This document shows, in pieces, positions 26,648 through 28,321 of a stretch of 28,321 nucleotides of DNA (positions are counted from its first letter, which is position 1; each line of letters begins with the position of its first letter). The notes beneath the pieces were generated by a model, which was not told the origin of the DNA, did no database searches, and saw only the letters and a program-made list of their open reading frames with translations. Origin of the DNA: Oscillospiraceae bacterium (GTDB lineage: Bacteria > Bacillota > Clostridia > Oscillospirales > UBA929); NCBI GenBank assembly GCA_031282535.1, contig JAITDM010000246.1, positions 1 to 28,321 on the forward strand. Reading direction: 5' to 3'. The translations under genes and the position numbers were made by a program.

Positions 26648-26857
26648 TCAGATCTCAGTCCCGTCGGGGAAGCGGAAGAGGCACACAAACTCCGCGCCGA
26701 GCGCGCGCGCGATGTTTTCAAGATCCTGTGACGAGAATTTTCCAACTCTCATCCGCTGGCCCAGATTTTGCGGCGTTGTTCCCAGGCGCCGCGCCAGCTC
26801 TGACTCGCTGACTTTTGCGTACGTCTCTGACAGTCTGATTTTCGTTGGTATATCCAT
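26648..26857 (-). CDS. XRE-type helix-turn-helix regulator (69 aa)
   Basis: ATG 26857 after GAGGAGG; SESELARRLGTTPQNLGQRM...DLENIARALG. Confidence 0.9.
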   Translation of the reverse strand: MDIPTKIRLSETYAKVSESELARRLGTTPQNLGQRMRVGKFSSQDLENIARALGAEFVCLFRFPDGTEI

Positions 26858-26876
26858 GGCACACCTCCTCGCTCTT

Positions 26877-26905
26877 ATTATAAATCGTACGCTTTCCAAT
26901 GTCAA
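26877..26905 (-). promoter_or_regulatory. Perfect consensus sigma-A promoter of the HTH gene
   Basis: TTGACA-17 bp-TATAAT. Confidence 0.9.
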
Positions 26906-26948
26906 GCAAAATATTTTCAAAAAAAATTAAAAACTTTCAATTTGCCCC

Positions 26949-26977
26949 TTGACATATTAAAGTTTTTCCTTTACAAT
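26949..26977 (+). promoter_or_regulatory. Near-consensus sigma-A promoter of the rightward operon
   Basis: TTGACA-17 bp-TACAAT. Confidence 0.88.
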
Positions 26978-27026
26978 ATAAATGTAAGGTAAATCGAAAC
27001 CTCGAAAACTGAAAGGTGGAAAAATC

Positions 27027-27287
27027 ATGGGCATGAAGATGTATCAGATCACGATCCAGCCCGGCGAGGGCGCCATCTACCACCATACCGGGGTGTACAA
27101 ATCTCGGTACGCGGCCCTCGAAGAGGGCCGGCGGAACGGGGAAGTCGTGGGCACCGCCGATGTCACTGACGCGCACCCGATACATGTCCTTGGACTCAAG
27201 CAAGATCTCATCGCGGCCGGCTATGCAGAGTATCTTGCCCACGCGATCAGTGGCCTTGTGGCTACGTACTACGACGGCGCGCGGTGA
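27027..27287 (+). CDS. Hypothetical protein (86 aa)
   Basis: First gene after the promoter, with RBS AAAGGTGG; no recognised family. Confidence 0.8.
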   Translation: MGMKMYQITIQPGEGAIYHHTGVYKSRYAALEEGRRNGEVVGTADVTDAHPIHVLGLKQDLIAAGYAEYLAHAISGLVATYYDGAR

Positions 27288-27341
27288 GCTCACAACGCCG
27301 AGCGGGGGCGGCTAAAGTCCCCCGCAGAAAGGGATGATTTT

Positions 27342-27932
27342 ATGACATACCGTGTAAGCGCGCAAGCATACCACGACTTCGCCTTGAGTTCCTGGCCCAC
27401 GGAAGACCCCCACGCCCTGCCGGGCGCGCGCCGGCGGGACATGGATGCGACCATCGAGCCCACTGTTTGCTACGACACCTGGTGGGACCTCATCGCCGAG
27501 TCGTGCGCGGAGGAGTGGGGCTGCGACGTGGGCCGCGCCCACCAGATCCTCGCCGCAGACAACACCGAGGAGCTCCCCGTGGAGCAGAGCGACAATGACC
27601 CAATCCCCAGCAAGTGGCAGCTCTGGATTTCGGAGGCCGATCTCTCCGAGGGACTCTTGCGCGAGGTTGACGAGGCAGAGTGCGCGGTGTCGATCCCGGC
27701 CCCTCAGCACCTTATTATCAGCAGTGACCGCGATTTTGAGGAAGACTTCCTCACCGCTCTCGATGCCGTGCCCGTCGAGTACAAAGACGGCGTCGCGTAC
27801 CTGCAAGTCAACTACGACTTTGCCGGCCACGCCGGCACGGCCGCCGTCCAGATGGACGCCGATCCCGCCGTTGAGCGGAGGCTCATCGCCGAGAGACTGC
27901 GGGAGATCCGCAGCACGTGGGAGGTGGTGTAA
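27342..27932 (+). CDS. Acidic hypothetical protein (196 aa)
   Basis: RBS AAAGGGA; 40 D+E versus 14 K+R by hand count. Confidence 0.85.
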   Translation: MTYRVSAQAYHDFALSSWPTEDPHALPGARRRDMDATIEPTVCYDTWWDLIAESCAEEWGCDVGRAHQILAADNTEELPVEQSDNDPIPSKWQLWISEADLSEGLLREVDEAECAVSIPAPQHLIISSDRDFEEDFLTALDAVPVEYKDGVAYLQVNYDFAGHAGTAAVQMDADPAVERRLIAERLREIRSTWEVV

Positions 27933-28219
27933 TGGGCGCGTATAATAATGTTTGCGTATTCTGCGGGGTTGAGCGCTGCGATTGTTTTACAATCGAGTGC
28001 GAGTATTTCCTTTCCCCGCGCGGAGACGAATTGCCTTTTGACCGGGAGTACGAGGCTCTGTCCTCGTACAAGCAGGCGGAAAAGATGGACGCCGCTTGGG
28101 CCAAAAAGCACGGCAAGCCGACCTTCTATTACCGCAACCGCGTGGTAAGGGCTGCGAAAAGAGCGCGCGCGCATGGGTGGTCGCGTCTCCTGAAAGAAGG
28201 TGACTGCGCCCATGACTAG
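27932..28219 (+). CDS. Hypothetical protein with Cys-rich N-terminus (95 aa)
   Basis: TAATG overlap with GGAGG upstream; CVFC...CDC motif. Confidence 0.8.
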   Translation: MGAYNNVCVFCGVERCDCFTIECEYFLSPRGDELPFDREYEALSSYKQAEKMDAAWAKKHGKPTFYYRNRVVRAAKRARAHGWSRLLKEGDCAHD

Positions 28220-28269
28220 AGAGCGCCGACTCGCCACCGACGAGCCCTCCTCCGCCTCCCAGAGGAATG

Positions 28270-28301
28270 AAAAAAAGAGACCGGATGTCCGGTCTCTTTT
28301 T
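28270..28301 (+). terminator. Intrinsic, probably bidirectional, terminator
   Basis: GAGACCGG/CCGGTCTC stem with a 4-nt loop, flanked by A7 and T5. Confidence 0.85.
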
Positions 28302-28321
28302 CATGTTCGGCACTTCTTCCA

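Noticed and set aside
27987-28321. 108-aa minus-strand ORF (27987-28313) and an open + frame from ATG 28212
   Set aside because: Both cross a clear intrinsic terminator and have low-complexity translations; they cannot be supported at the window edge.
1-28321. Integrase, att sites, rRNA/tRNA genes, IS elements
   Set aside because: None recognisable, so prophage versus free phage cannot be decided from this window.

Overview
About 26.5 kb of this GC-rich window is one minus-strand late operon of a tailed phage or prophage. Prp-type protease biology and consensus TTGACA/TATAAT promoters point to a Bacillota (probably Clostridia) host (inference). In transcription order: terS, terL, portal, a phage-encoded Prp cysteine protease, scaffold, N4-gp56-like major capsid, three collagen-like fibres interleaved with three lower-GC tip proteins, head-tail/tail proteins, a 651-aa and a 3185-aa internal (ejection/polyvalent) virion protein, a holin-like gene, and a frameshifted endolysin running off the left edge. 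No tape-measure or tail-tube gene is recognisable, which suggests a podovirus-like virion. The right end holds an HTH gene and a divergent three-gene operon of small unknown proteins under back-to-back consensus promoters. The most striking observations are two extra coding layers hidden inside the 3185-aa gene. (1) An antisense sigma-A promoter drives a ~68-nt terminated three-way-junction RNA with a tRNA-Tyr-like anticodon arm, directly beside a putative RNase-fold domain. (2) A 58-aa gene with its own RBS is nested in the +1 frame just before a HExxH metallopeptidase domain. Family names are from my motif recognition, not from database searches. GC figures are hand counts on sample 60-nt lines.
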